A DNA stretch of 64,000 nt from an uncultured Verrucomicrobiae bacterium (GCA_963719495.1 CAVRCI010000011.1:32001-96000), one strand, 5' to 3'; positions 47,775 to 58,531 are shown, numbered from the stretch's first letter. Made by a program: numbers and translations. The notes: generated by a model not told the origin, from the letters alone.

Positions 47775-49445
47775 ATGATCCGTATGGCTGCTCGAGCGAA
47801 GAACGCCGGTCCGAGAATCGGCTTCGGTGGAAATTGGTGTCGTTGGAGTTTCCTGATATCACTTCTCGTCGCCGCGAGCGTCGCTGGGTCAGACTTTCCA
47901 GCGGCATTGCCGGGGGAAACCTCCATCGGGGAACCTGCGTTCACCGCGCGGGAGGGTTCGTTCACATTGCCGAGTGACTTGGAGGGGAACCGCGAGGTGA
48001 AGGTTGTCTATCATGTGCCGGAGGATGCTGAAGGGAACTTGGTAGATTCAGCTTCGGACGTCGTGTTCTATGCCCCGTATATCGGGCAGAAGGATCCTTT
48101 GCGGGAGGATTACATCAGGAAACTGACGATGGTTCACGGGATGACGGTGTTCTCGTTGGAGATCGGTTCGGATCATCGGAACGTGAACGATCGCGAAAAG
48201 ATGTATTATTACGCTGAGTCCGGGTCGTTCGACTTGATGAAGCGGGCTTGGGCGAAAGTTCGGTCGCTGGAATCGCTGGATCAGCGCAAGTTGCTCGTAA
48301 CCGGGAACTCAGGTGGTTCCACGATGGCGCACGGGTTGGCGGTTGCGATGCCAAAGGCGTTGGAGGGCGTGGCACTCGTTGGCGGGTCGCGATACGTGGA
48401 AGGGGATTTCTCGAAGGTGCCACTGTGCGTCGTTACCAAGCGAGGGGATCTTCGGTTGCCAGAGAACCTCCGGCTGCTCGCTCGGGCCGAGGAGACGCAA
48501 GCACCATTTCTGCTGGCGGTGACACCGGCTTGCGCGAACGAGGTCGGGGATTTCTCGGAACAGCGCACGAACAACTTTCATCACTCCGCCCAGGACGCCG
48601 GTCTCGACATAGCCGTTGCGTATCTGTGCGATCTTCGGGATCGGCGGCGGTCGCGGCTGACGGGGGGTGACGAGGATTTGAGAGTTCCGTTGCGATTCGG
48701 GGAGGTTCCGGCCGGGACGCTGGACGACGAGGAAGGGGCCGAGGCGAAGGAGGCGCGACTGGCTGGCTTCGCCGGACAGATGCTCCCGGCCCCCGGGCCG
48801 GTGACGCTCGCGGCGTGGGAGCGAAATCCGAATCGATTTGCTCAGATCTCCGTGGGGGAGGAATCTTTGCCGGTGCTCGCTCGATACCCGTCGGACCCGG
48901 AAACTCGGGGGGTCGTGATCTACGGGGGGCGGGTGTCCGGGTCGGCGGCGGAAACCGGGGACGGGCTGGACTTCATCGGTCTGCACGGGTGGATCGGGGT
49001 CGGGATCCCGGCGGAATTTGGTCAGGCCCTGGAGATCGAAGAGTGGAAGGCGTTGGTCGATTGGGTGCTGGCGCGGGAGGAGTGGCAGGATTATTCGGTT
49101 CATCTCGTTGGGTGGGATGACGCGGCGCGGGATTTTCTCGTGCTCGCAGCGAAGGAGAATTGGAAGCGGGTCCGGTCGGTGACGGCTTTGGAGGGGTTGC
49201 TGACGTATCCGGAAGTGGGTCGATCGCCGATCAAGTCGGTGGCGGGTTTGCGCGTGCCGGTGGTCATCGGCGGGACGCGGGTGGATTACAGTTCGAACAA
49301 ACCGGCGACAAGTTACGCGGCGGCGGCTCGGGAGGGCGGGATCGACTTGTCGGTGATTCAGCCGGCGCGGGATGTTGAGGGTCTGGAAGAGAGTTGGGAT
49401 TTGTTGCGGGGGGCTTTGGTGAATCTTGGTGGCGGGGGGCCGTAG
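47775..49445 (+). CDS. Exported alpha/beta-hydrolase-fold protein, probably two domains
   Basis: Hydrophobic N-segment; LLVTGNSGGS nucleophile elbow; second degenerate elbow HLVGWDDAA; start uncertain. Confidence 0.65.
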   Translation: MIRMAARAKNAGPRIGFGGNWCRWSFLISLLVAASVAGSDFPAALPGETSIGEPAFTAREGSFTLPSDLEGNREVKVVYHVPEDAEGNLVDSASDVVFYAPYIGQKDPLREDYIRKLTMVHGMTVFSLEIGSDHRNVNDREKMYYYAESGSFDLMKRAWAKVRSLESLDQRKLLVTGNSGGSTMAHGLAVAMPKALEGVALVGGSRYVEGDFSKVPLCVVTKRGDLRLPENLRLLARAEETQAPFLLAVTPACANEVGDFSEQRTNNFHHSAQDAGLDIAVAYLCDLRDRRRSRLTGGDEDLRVPLRFGEVPAGTLDDEEGAEAKEARLAGFAGQMLPAPGPVTLAAWERNPNRFAQISVGEESLPVLARYPSDPETRGVVIYGGRVSGSAAETGDGLDFIGLHGWIGVGIPAEFGQALEIEEWKALVDWVLAREEWQDYSVHLVGWDDAARDFLVLAAKENWKRVRSVTALEGLLTYPEVGRSPIKSVAGLRVPVVIGGTRVDYSSNKPATSYAAAAREGGIDLSVIQPARDVEGLEESWDLLRGALVNLGGGGP

Positions 49446-49639
49446 GGTGTTTGCTGTGGGCTTTGTTTGTCGAGTGGGGGAGTGGCGGTTTCGCCGCGTG
49501 GGGTTGGGTCGGCGATTGAAAATCGCCGCTCCTTGAGGGGGACGGCTCTCTCGCTTTGCTCGATTTGCCGAACTTCGGCGACTGGAGCCGGAGCGAAGCG
49601 GAGACCGCCGAAGGCAACCCGCCGCTCCTTGAAACGCTT

Positions 49640-51015
49640 TTAGCGCGTGAGTTGGGGGATGAGGGTGGGCCAGGCCCAGTCGACCCTGAGGCCGACTCCG
49701 GGGATGGTCTCGATCAGCTCGGCGGGGGCGCGGTCACGCCACGCGACGCCTCGTCGATCTTCGTCGATCTCCGGCAGGTGGACTTTCACGATGCGGGGAT
49801 CGAGGGCGTTGAGATCGGCGTCGAACGGGGGTGCTGGGGCGAGGAGCTGGATTGGGACGTTGGGAATCTTCGGCAGGACGGTGGTGGCGCTGCCGCAGAG
49901 GATGATCGTTCTCGGGTTGTCGGGGAATTCTCCGGTCTGGGAGACGACCAGTCGTTCGCCGCTGGTGCTGGCGAGTTCGCGGAGAAGGTGGCCGTAGGTG
50001 GGGCCGAGAATCGTGGGGTCGGGAACGAACCCGATGGCGGGTGACTTGGCGATGGCATCGTTCGGCTCGAGGGCCACGTTGCCGTTCGCGGTGAATCGAA
50101 TGGAGATTCGCGCTTGGGAAGCGAGCCAATGGCCCGTGCCGTAGACGAAGGACAAGCCGAGAAGGGTTGCGAGGAGATTCTGAACGAGATGCCGTCTGAG
50201 TGGGGTTTGTTCGCGAGACCTTCGGAGCGCGAGGGCGGTGAGACCGGAACCCGCGAGGGTTGGAAGAATCCACAGAACGAGAGACTCGGTGGTGGTGCTG
50301 AAGAGGGCGGCGGTGCCGAACGCCACGATGATGGCGCGGAGACCGGTGACGGCGGATGATGGTTCATTCTTCGTTCGAGGGTCGGTCCACGTCCACCAAG
50401 CGACGACAAGGAGAGTCGCGAGGGCAAAGGCGGGCCAGCCGAATTCGACGAGGGGTGTGAGGTAGCCGCTGACGAGCGTGCGGTAGCGGGCGGTCGAATC
50501 GAGCGGTTGATACCATTGGACGTAGGCGGTCCCGGAATTGCCCGGTCCGAAGCCGAGCGGGCGTTCGGCGGCCATGGTGAGAGCGCCTTGCCAGACCTCG
50601 AGGCGATTGCCGACGGAAGCGTCGCCGGTGGTGATCGGATCCGCGGAGCGTGAGGCGAGGCCCGTGCCGAAAACGATTGCGACGGCGAAGACGGCGAGGA
50701 GGGCTTCACCAATCTAGCGACTTTGGGATTGGTGGCGAAGAATTCGCCAGCGGCGGAACGCGATGTAGACGAGAGCCGTCACCGCGGCGACGAGGCCGCC
50801 GCGGGAGAACGTGAGGCACAGGGGGCGAAGGTCAGGAGGGCGACAACGGCGGCAAGCGCTCTCGCTACCAGCCGCCGCTTTTGCCACGCCCAGTCCCAGA
50901 AGATCCAAACCACGGGGAGGGCGCAGGCGAACAGGACGGCGGCTTTGTTCGGGTTATCGAATCCAAAAGACCAACGGAGTGCGCCATTGAAAAGGTATTC
51001 GATGGGAGAGTCCAT
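49640..51015 (-). pseudogene. O-antigen ligase (Wzy_C)-family gene with frameshift and nonsense codon
   Basis: FGFDNPNKAA; LTFSRGG in a different frame (shift near G-run 50821-50825); TAG at 50714-50716; SVGNRLEVW..GFGPG.. Confidence 0.8.
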
Positions 51016-51133
51016 GGAGGGTAAAAGGAGCGAGATGGTCAGCGAGGCGTTTGGCTCGGATCTGTCTCGATCAATTTGCCATCAGACCATCAAGTTAATC
51101 CCGTAAATCCAGTCAATCCTGTTTAGTTGGCGA

Positions 51134-51703
51134 ATGACGCTCGTTCTTTACAAGCCGTTCGGAGTTTTGAGTCAGTTCACCGAGGAGTGGGTCGGTCAGC
51201 GGACGCTCGCGGAGTGTGGGTTGCCGGGTGGGGTGTATCCGGTCGGGCGGTTGGATGCGGATTCGGAGGGGATGTTGCTGCTTTCGGACGAGGCGGGGTT
51301 TGCGGATCGATTGTTGAATCCGAAGCGGGGGCATTGGCGGCGGTATCTGGTGCAGGTCGAGGGGGTGGTGACGGATGAAGCGCTGGCGCGGCTGAGGGAT
51401 GGGGTGATGGTGCAGAAGCGAATGACGCTGCCGGCTCAGGCCGATCGGGTGGCGAAGGAGCCGAGTTTGCCGGAGCGGGTGCCGGGGATTCGGGTGCGGC
51501 GGGAGATTCCAACGGCGTGGATCGCAGTGGAGTTGCGAGAGGGGCGGAATCGGCAGGTTCGGCGGATGACGGCGGCGGTCGGGTTGCCGACGTTGCGGTT
51601 GATTCGCGTGGCGATTGGCGGGTTTGCGTTGCCGGGGGATTTGGTGCCGGGGACTTGGCGGGAGGTGAGTGCGGGGGAGCGGGCGGCGATTTTTGGTGGG
51701 TGA
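51134..51703 (+). CDS. rluE: rRNA pseudouridine synthase (RluE-like)
   Basis: KPFGVLSQF, YPVGRLDADSEG, EGRNRQVRRMTAAVGLPTLRLIR. Confidence 0.9.
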   Translation: MTLVLYKPFGVLSQFTEEWVGQRTLAECGLPGGVYPVGRLDADSEGMLLLSDEAGFADRLLNPKRGHWRRYLVQVEGVVTDEALARLRDGVMVQKRMTLPAQADRVAKEPSLPERVPGIRVRREIPTAWIAVELREGRNRQVRRMTAAVGLPTLRLIRVAIGGFALPGDLVPGTWREVSAGERAAIFGG

Positions 51704-51880
51704 ATCCAATCCGAATACTTTGGAACAGAAGGTCGCGAAGAGCGCAAAGGTCACAAAGAATACCGATGAGAACGGTCATTCAGTCGGCTCCTGCTGGCGC
51801 AGGTTGCCGAGGTATTCCATTCCTTCCTGGATGCTTTGCGCTCTTCGCGGCCTTCGGTTCAAAACTGGATTTGGATTGAT

Positions 51881-52396
51881 TTACAGTTCGTCTTCGCCGG
51901 GGAGGGGGAGGGCGGTTTCGACGATGGTTGGGCGGAACTCGGGGTGGCGGACTCGACCGCCGGCCTCGGCGATGTAGGCGCCGGCGGTGAGGCAGGTGCC
52001 GGCGGCGAGGAGGGTGATGAAGCCGAGGGGGCCGGCGGATCGGGGCCAGCGGATGGGGACGACGAGGGTGATGAGGGCGATGGCGGCGAGGCCGTAGTAG
52101 GCTCCGGAGTATCGGTCGGCGCGGTCCATGTGCTCGTCGAGCCAGTCGGCGCCCTGGGCGTCGGCGATGGTACGGATGGGGCGGTAGGCGGCTTCGCCGG
52201 CGAGGACGACCGGGTAGATCGAGGCGGCGGTGAGAAGGATGACGACGAGCGCGGGAATCTGCGCGGCTCGCTGGCGCATGAGGAGGGCGATGATCAGCGC
52301 GACGGTGCCGGCGAGGAGACCGATGACCGGGAGGTGATTGAGGAGGACGTGCTGGTAGGCGGGGTCCTGGAGTTGGGTGAGTAGGTCTTCCGGCAC
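51881..52396 (-). CDS. Membrane protein, DUF2231-like
   Basis: HVLLNHLPVIG, 4 TMs, GE.A, H, GGRVRHPE. Confidence 0.7.
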   Translation of the reverse strand: MPEDLLTQLQDPAYQHVLLNHLPVIGLLAGTVALIIALLMRQRAAQIPALVVILLTAASIYPVVLAGEAAYRPIRTIADAQGADWLDEHMDRADRYSGAYYGLAAIALITLVVPIRWPRSAGPLGFITLLAAGTCLTAGAYIAEAGGRVRHPEFRPTIVETALPLPGEDEL

Positions 52397-52513
52397 GGGG
52401 GTGGTTATCGCGGAATCCGGTGGGTTTTAACAGCAGGGAACTTCGGGTGAGGTCTCCTGACGTCGACCACGACGGTCTCTCCCTCTCAACTCTCAACCAT
52501 AAACACTCAACCC

Positions 52514-53557
52514 TCAAGCCGCTGGCTGCTGCTGCGTGAGGCAGTGGAAGGCTCCGAGGCCCCAGATGAGTTCGCGGCAGTCGATGGGGACGATTCGGCG
52601 GGTTGGGAACGCTTCTTCGAGGACGGCTTTGGCCCAGGCGTCGTTGGTCTCGCCGAAGACGGGGAGGAGGACGGCGGTGTTGGCGATGTAGAAATTCGCG
52701 TAGCTGGCCGGGAGGCGCTGGCCGTCGCGGTGGATGGGCGAGGGCATGGGGAGGACGTGGACTTCGAGCGGGGGGTGGCCGCCGAGGTGGACGCCGTGGA
52801 GGCGGTCGAGGTTCGTTTGGAGGGCGGTGTAGTTCGCGTCGTCCTCGTTCTCCTCGACGACGGTGACGACGCGATTTTCCGCCACGAAGCGGGTGATGTC
52901 GTCGACGTGGCCGTCGGTGTCGTCGCCTTCGATGCCGTCGCCGAGCCAGATGATGTCGCGCACGCCGAGATTGGCGCGGAGGAGCTGCTCGATGTCGGTT
53001 TTCGAGAGGTGCGGATTCCGATTCGGGTTGAGGAGGCAACTTTCGGTGGTGAGGAGGGCACCGTGGCCGTTGACGTCGATGGAGCCGCCTTCGAGCACGA
53101 AGTCGCCGACGTCGAAGACGTCGAGGCCGAGGCGCTGGCCGACCTGCGTGGGGACGTCGTCGTCGTCGTCGAACGGCGGGTATTTGTAGCCCCAGGCGTT
53201 GTAGCCGAAGTCGATGATGGCGAGCCGGGGGGCGTCGGGTTTCTTGATGAAAATCGGACCGTGGTCGCGGCACCAGGGTTCGTTCGTGGGGATGGCGTGG
53301 AATTCGATGCGCTCGGGGGGCGCGCCGTTGAGGAGTCGGCGGACGGTGCGTTCCTGGTCGCCGTCCTTCACGTTGATGCGGACGATTTCGGATTCCGCGA
53401 TGGCGTTCACCATTTTCGCGAAGGTCGGGATGACGCGGTCGTAACAGCCAGGGAAGCTGATGCCGTCGGGGTGGGGCCACGAGATCCAGGTGGCGTCGTG
53501 GGGTTCCCATTCGGCGGGCATCGCGTAGCCGAGGCTGGCGGGGGAGGCGTCGGGCAT
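52514..53557 (-). CDS. Agmatine deiminase / peptidylarginine deiminase family
   Basis: MPAEWEPH, WCRDHGP, LEGGSI, DTDGHVD, ASYANFY, GAFHCLTQQ. Confidence 0.95.
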   Translation of the reverse strand: MPDASPASLGYAMPAEWEPHDATWISWPHPDGISFPGCYDRVIPTFAKMVNAIAESEIVRINVKDGDQERTVRRLLNGAPPERIEFHAIPTNEPWCRDHGPIFIKKPDAPRLAIIDFGYNAWGYKYPPFDDDDDVPTQVGQRLGLDVFDVGDFVLEGGSIDVNGHGALLTTESCLLNPNRNPHLSKTDIEQLLRANLGVRDIIWLGDGIEGDDTDGHVDDITRFVAENRVVTVVEENEDDANYTALQTNLDRLHGVHLGGHPPLEVHVLPMPSPIHRDGQRLPASYANFYIANTAVLLPVFGETNDAWAKAVLEEAFPTRRIVPIDCRELIWGLGAFHCLTQQQPAA

Positions 53558-53657
53558 GAGTGAAATTTTCCCCCGGGGGGTAGGGGGCGACAAGGGGAAA
53601 CTTTTTTGGAAGCAACCGACCGGCCGCCGCGACGAACCCGAACCCCGATGGATCGAA

Positions 53658-53693
53658 TGCAAAACTTCGATGCGGCCGCATCGAAGTTTTGCA
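53658..53693. repeat. Perfect 36-bp palindrome in a divergent intergenic region
   Basis: TGCAAAACTTCGATGCGGCCGCATCGAAGTTTTGCA equals its own reverse complement. Confidence 0.9.
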
Positions 53694-53829
53694 GGGTGGG
53701 CTTGGGAGGCCGATGCGGCGGGTCTGGGTGGGATCGTTGATTTTTCGTGCCGAGGTGGTTCGGCGGGAGCCTCGCCCTCCGAAAGGTGGCGTTGCGGAGG
53801 TTGGTGGTGTAGTTTTCGCGTCTTCGAAA

Positions 53830-55194
53830 ATGCCCAGCGTCTACATCAAAACTTACGGCTGCCAGATGAACGAGCGGGACTCCGAGCAGGTCGCGCGGAC
53901 GTTCGAGGGGCGGGGGTATCGGCTCTCCGCTGACGAGTCGGACGCGGACGTGATTCTGCTGAATACCTGCAGCGTGCGGGACATGGCGGAGCAGAAGGCC
54001 ATCGGGAAGATGGGGTTTCTGCGGAAGCTGCGGCGGGATCGGCCGCACCTCGTGCTGGGCTATCTGGGGTGCATGGCGCAGAGCCGGGGGGCGGATCTTT
54101 TGGAGAGTTCGCCGCACGTCGATCTGGTGGTGGGGACGCAGAAATTTCACCGGGTGGCGGATCACGTCGACGAGCTGCTGCGGCGGAATTTCGAGGCGCG
54201 GATCGACAACGATCGCCTGCCCATCGTGGACGTCGAGGAGGAGGAGGGGTCGCAGAATACGATTCGGGATCACGCGCTGAAGGACCGGCAGGCGACGGCG
54301 TTCGTTTCGATCATGCAGGGGTGCAACATGCACTGCACGTTCTGCATCGTGCCGTCGACGCGGGGGAGTGAGCGGTCGCGGCCGATCGGCGAGATCGTCG
54401 AGGAGGTGCGCGGGTTGGTCGCGCAGGGGGTGCGGGAGGTGACGTTGCTGGGGCAGATCGTGAACCTTTACGGGCGGCACGAGTTCGCGAAGGTGGACGG
54501 GAAGTGTCCGTTCGTGCAGTTGCTGGAGGCGGTGCACGGGGTGGAGGGGTTGGAGCGGCTGCGGTTCACTTCGCCGCATCCGATTGGGTTTCGGGCGGAT
54601 TTGGTGGACGCGTTTGCGCGGTTGCCGCGGTTGATGGAGCACGTGCATTTGCCGGTGCAGTCGGGGTCGAATCGGTTGCTCAAGGCGATGCACCGGGCCT
54701 ACACGCGTGAGCGGTATCTGGATCTGGTGCGGCAATTGCGGGCGGCGCGGCCGGGGATCGCGGTGACGACGGACGTGATCGTGGGATTCCCGGGGGAGAC
54801 GGAGGCGGATTTTGCGGAGACGTGCGCGCTGGCGCGGGAGGCGGATTTTGATAACGCGTTCATCTTTCGGTATTCGAAACGGAAGGACACGCCGGCGGCG
54901 GAGATGGACGGGCAGGTCGAGGAGGACGTGAAGGAGCGGCGGAATCAGGAGTTGCTCGCGCTGATCAACGCGAACGTGGAGCGGAAACTCGAGGCGTGCG
55001 TGGGGACTCGGATGGAGATTCTGTGCGAGGGGGTGAGTCGGCGGAATGACGACCGGCTGATGGGTCGGACGCGGACGAACAAGATCGTGGTGTTCGAGGG
55101 GGCGGATCGGCACGTCGGGCAGGTAATGGACGTGAACGTGGTGGGTCGGTCGTTGACGACGCTTTATGGAGATCCGGTGGTGAATGATTTTTGA
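53830..55194 (+). CDS. miaB: tRNA methylthiotransferase MiaB
   Basis: TYGCQMNERDSE, NTCSVR, CxxxCxxC (CNMHCTFC), TRAM domain GRTRTNK. Confidence 0.96.
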   Translation: MPSVYIKTYGCQMNERDSEQVARTFEGRGYRLSADESDADVILLNTCSVRDMAEQKAIGKMGFLRKLRRDRPHLVLGYLGCMAQSRGADLLESSPHVDLVVGTQKFHRVADHVDELLRRNFEARIDNDRLPIVDVEEEEGSQNTIRDHALKDRQATAFVSIMQGCNMHCTFCIVPSTRGSERSRPIGEIVEEVRGLVAQGVREVTLLGQIVNLYGRHEFAKVDGKCPFVQLLEAVHGVEGLERLRFTSPHPIGFRADLVDAFARLPRLMEHVHLPVQSGSNRLLKAMHRAYTRERYLDLVRQLRAARPGIAVTTDVIVGFPGETEADFAETCALAREADFDNAFIFRYSKRKDTPAAEMDGQVEEDVKERRNQELLALINANVERKLEACVGTRMEILCEGVSRRNDDRLMGRTRTNKIVVFEGADRHVGQVMDVNVVGRSLTTLYGDPVVNDF

Positions 55195-55329
55195 ACAGAA
55201 GGTCGCGAAGAGCGCAAAGGGGAGAAAGAAGGGTTCGGCTTCGCCGAATCAAATTCTCTTCCCCTTTGTATTCTTTGCGACCTTTGCGTTCTTCTGTTCA
55301 AAAGCTCCTTCTGTTAAAACGGCGGGCTG

Positions 55330-57825
55330 ATGGCTGAGGATAAGATCACTCCGATGATGCGGCAGTATTTGGCCGTGCGGCGGGATTTGCCGGCTGGGAC
55401 TTTGCTGATGTTTCGGCTGGGGGATTTTTACGAGATGTTCGGGGATGACGCGAAGGAGGCGGCGGCCATCCTCAACGTCGCGCTGACGAAACGGGGGACG
55501 ACGCCGATGTGCGGGGTGCCGTATCATGCGGCGAAGGGTTATATCGAGAAGCTGATCGCGGCGGGGAAGCGGGTGGCGATTTGTGATCAGGTCGGGGAGG
55601 TGCAGGCGGGGAAATTGGTGCGGAGGGAGCTGGCGCAGATTCTGAGCGCGGGGACGTTGGATGACTTTGGGTTGGATGAGCGGAAGCAGAATTACCTGGC
55701 GGCGGTTTGCGAGCGGAAGGGTTGTTACGGGTTGGCTTTCGTGGATCTGAGCACGGGGGAGTTTCGGGTGACGGAGGTGGGTTCGATGGCGCAGCTGCTG
55801 GACGAGCTGGCGAGGATGAGTCCGGCGGAATTGCTGGTGCCGGAGGAACAGGTGGCGACGCTCGCGGCGGCGGGGAAGGCAAATTCGGTGGAGGGTTATA
55901 CTTTCGAGACCGATCCGGCGGAGTCGGCTTTGCTGGAGCACTTCAAGGTTCAGTCGCTGGACGGATTTGGTTGTTCGGGGATGCGGGCTGCGGTGGGGGC
56001 GGCGGGGGCGGTGCTGCATTATCTCACGCGGCAGATGCGGCGGAACGTGTCGCACCTACGGGGGCTGCGGCCTTACCGGTCGGGTGAGTTTTTGGTTTTG
56101 GACGCGGCGACGCAGTCGCACTTGGAGCTGGTGAATTCGCGGGGCGGGCGGGGGATGACTTTGCTCGGGGCGTTGGACGCCACGGTGACGCCGATGGGGG
56201 CGCGGGCGTTGCGAGAGTGGATCCTGCATCCGCTGCGTGAGGTTGGGGCGATTCGGGAGCGGCAGGAGGTGATCGGGACGTGTCTGGAGGACGGGATTGC
56301 GTTGGCGGAATTGCGCGACGTGCTGGGGGGGATTCGGGATTTGGAACGGTCGGCGGCGCGGCTGAGCGGGACGGCGGGGAACGCGCGGGATTTGGCGGCG
56401 GTGGCGACATCGCTCGAGAAGGTGCCGCGGGTGCGGGAGCGGGTGGCGGCACTGGGGGGGGATTTGGTCGGGCGGTTGGTCGCGGAATTGCACGATTTGC
56501 CGGAGCTGACGGCGGAGTTGCGGGTCGGGGTGGCGGACGAGCCGCCGGCTTTGTTGCGCGATGGGGGGATGATTCGGGCGGGTTACGACGCGACGCTCGA
56601 TGAGCTGCGGGACGCGGGGCGGGAGGGGAAGGCTTGGATTGCGCGGCTGCAGGAGCGGGAGATTGAACGGACGGGGATCAAGTCGCTGAAGGTGCGGTTC
56701 AATTCGGTCTTCGGATATTTTATCGAGATCACGAAGGCAAATCTGGCGAATGTGCCGGAGGATTATCATCGCAAGCAGACGACGACGAATTCCGAGCGGT
56801 TCGTTACGCCGGAGTTGAAGGAAATCGAGGGGAAAATTCTGGGGGCGGAGGAGCGGTCGAAGGCGCTGGAGATCGAGATTTTTCAGCGGCTGCGGCGGAT
56901 GGTTACGGACGCGCTGGGGCAGATTCAGGAGACGGCGGCCTCGCTGGGCGCGGTGGACGCGCTGGCTTCGTTGGCGGAAACGGCTCGGGTTTTTGGCTAC
57001 TGCCGACCCGAGGTGACGGACGATGGGGCGCTTGAGATCGAGGAGGGGCGGCACCCGGTATTGGATCAGCGGACGGGGGAGGAGCGGTTCGTGCCGAACG
57101 ACACGTCACTCGACCTGGCGGAGGGGCGGTTTGCAATTTTGACCGGGCCGAACATGGCGGGGAAGTCGACGTATATTCGGCAGGTGGCGCTGCTCGTGCT
57201 CATGGCGCAGGTGGGGAGTTTTGTGCCGGCGGTGAGCGCGCGGGTCGGGGTGACGGACCGGATTTTTACGCGGGTCGGGGCGAACGACGATCTGTCGCGG
57301 GGGCAGTCGACGTTCATGGTCGAGATGAACGAGACGGCGAACATCATCAACAACGCGACGCGGGAGAGTCTGGTGATCCTCGATGAAATCGGGCGGGGGA
57401 CGTCGACGTTCGATGGGTTGTCGATCGCGTGGAGCGTGGCCGAGCATTTGCACGACGAGATTGGGTGTCGGACGCTGTTCGCGACGCATTACCACGAGTT
57501 GACCGATCTGGAGCGGACGCGGGACGGGGTGAAAAATCTCACCGTGTCAGTGCGCGAATGGAACGACGAGGTGATCTTTCTGCGGAAGATCGTGCCGGGG
57601 CGGGCGGATCAGAGTTACGGGATTCAGGTCGGGCGGTTGGCGGGATTGCCGGCGTCGGTGATCGATCGGGCGAAGCAGATTTTGGCGAACCTGGAGGCGA
57701 GTGAGTTGAACGCGGAGGGGAAGCCGTCCATCGCGGTGGGTGGGGTGGCGGGAAAAGGCGGGCGGACGCGGCGGGACATGGCGGCTATCGCGAACTCGGA
57801 TCAGATGGATTTGTTTGCGGGGTAG
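55330..57825 (+). CDS. mutS: DNA mismatch repair protein MutS
   Basis: TPMMRQY, GDFYEMF, TGPNMAGKSTY, STFMVEM, DEIGRGTST, SYGIQV. Confidence 0.98.
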   Translation: MAEDKITPMMRQYLAVRRDLPAGTLLMFRLGDFYEMFGDDAKEAAAILNVALTKRGTTPMCGVPYHAAKGYIEKLIAAGKRVAICDQVGEVQAGKLVRRELAQILSAGTLDDFGLDERKQNYLAAVCERKGCYGLAFVDLSTGEFRVTEVGSMAQLLDELARMSPAELLVPEEQVATLAAAGKANSVEGYTFETDPAESALLEHFKVQSLDGFGCSGMRAAVGAAGAVLHYLTRQMRRNVSHLRGLRPYRSGEFLVLDAATQSHLELVNSRGGRGMTLLGALDATVTPMGARALREWILHPLREVGAIRERQEVIGTCLEDGIALAELRDVLGGIRDLERSAARLSGTAGNARDLAAVATSLEKVPRVRERVAALGGDLVGRLVAELHDLPELTAELRVGVADEPPALLRDGGMIRAGYDATLDELRDAGREGKAWIARLQEREIERTGIKSLKVRFNSVFGYFIEITKANLANVPEDYHRKQTTTNSERFVTPELKEIEGKILGAEERSKALEIEIFQRLRRMVTDALGQIQETAASLGAVDALASLAETARVFGYCRPEVTDDGALEIEEGRHPVLDQRTGEERFVPNDTSLDLAEGRFAILTGPNMAGKSTYIRQVALLVLMAQVGSFVPAVSARVGVTDRIFTRVGANDDLSRGQSTFMVEMNETANIINNATRESLVILDEIGRGTSTFDGLSIAWSVAEHLHDEIGCRTLFATHYHELTDLERTRDGVKNLTVSVREWNDEVIFLRKIVPGRADQSYGIQVGRLAGLPASVIDRAKQILANLEASELNAEGKPSIAVGGVAGKGGRTRRDMAAIANSDQMDLFAG

Positions 57826-57909
57826 GTCGGCTCTCTCGCTTCGCTCGATTTGCCGGGTTGCCGCGGCGGGACGCCGCAGCTCGCACGCGGGGACGCGTGC
57901 GCTCCCCAT

Positions 57910-58491
57910 TCAGCTCGATGCGGTGGCGAAGGAGACGTCTTCGTAGATGCGGGCGACGGGGAGGCGGTAGTCGATCTTCGCGAGGTCGAAGACGTCGTCG
58001 AGCGATTCGTGAAAGTCGGATTTCCAGCCATCGGGGGTGCGGCGGCTGACTTCGACGTGCACCCTGGCTTGCTCGACGAGGACGTAGGTCTCAGAGGTCG
58101 GGATGTGATCGTAGGCGAGGAATTTTTCGCGGCGATCGATCCGGTCGGTGCTGGGCGATAGCACTTCGACGATGATCGACGGGTGCTCCTTGTAATAGGG
58201 TGAGGTCTCGCCGTGCTGGCAGGCAACGAAGACGTCGGGATAGTAGAAGTAAACGTCATCGCGAATCTGGACGCGGACCTTCATGTCGTTGATGTAGGCG
58301 CGGCACGGGCTGCCGCGGAGGTGCTGGCGGAAGAGAGTGGCGATGTTCAAGGCGATGACGTTGTGCGCGTCGCTGGCGCCGCCCATTGCGTAGATGTCGC
58401 CGCCGAGGTATTCGTGGCGGACGTCGGTGAGGAGTTCGCCTTCGAGGTATTCCTCGGGCGTGACGGTGATCTCGCTGACGGCTGATCCCAT
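57910..58491 (-). CDS. Uma2 (DUF820) family endonuclease
   Basis: EEYLEGE..RHEY..G..AMGG, YYPDVFV, IVEVLSPST..DR.EK. Confidence 0.93.
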   Translation of the reverse strand: MGSAVSEITVTPEEYLEGELLTDVRHEYLGGDIYAMGGASDAHNVIALNIATLFRQHLRGSPCRAYINDMKVRVQIRDDVYFYYPDVFVACQHGETSPYYKEHPSIIVEVLSPSTDRIDRREKFLAYDHIPTSETYVLVEQARVHVEVSRRTPDGWKSDFHESLDDVFDLAKIDYRLPVARIYEDVSFATASS

Positions 58492-58531
58492 GGTGAAGGG
58501 TTTATCAGCCGGAACGTGCGGTGTCACGCGC

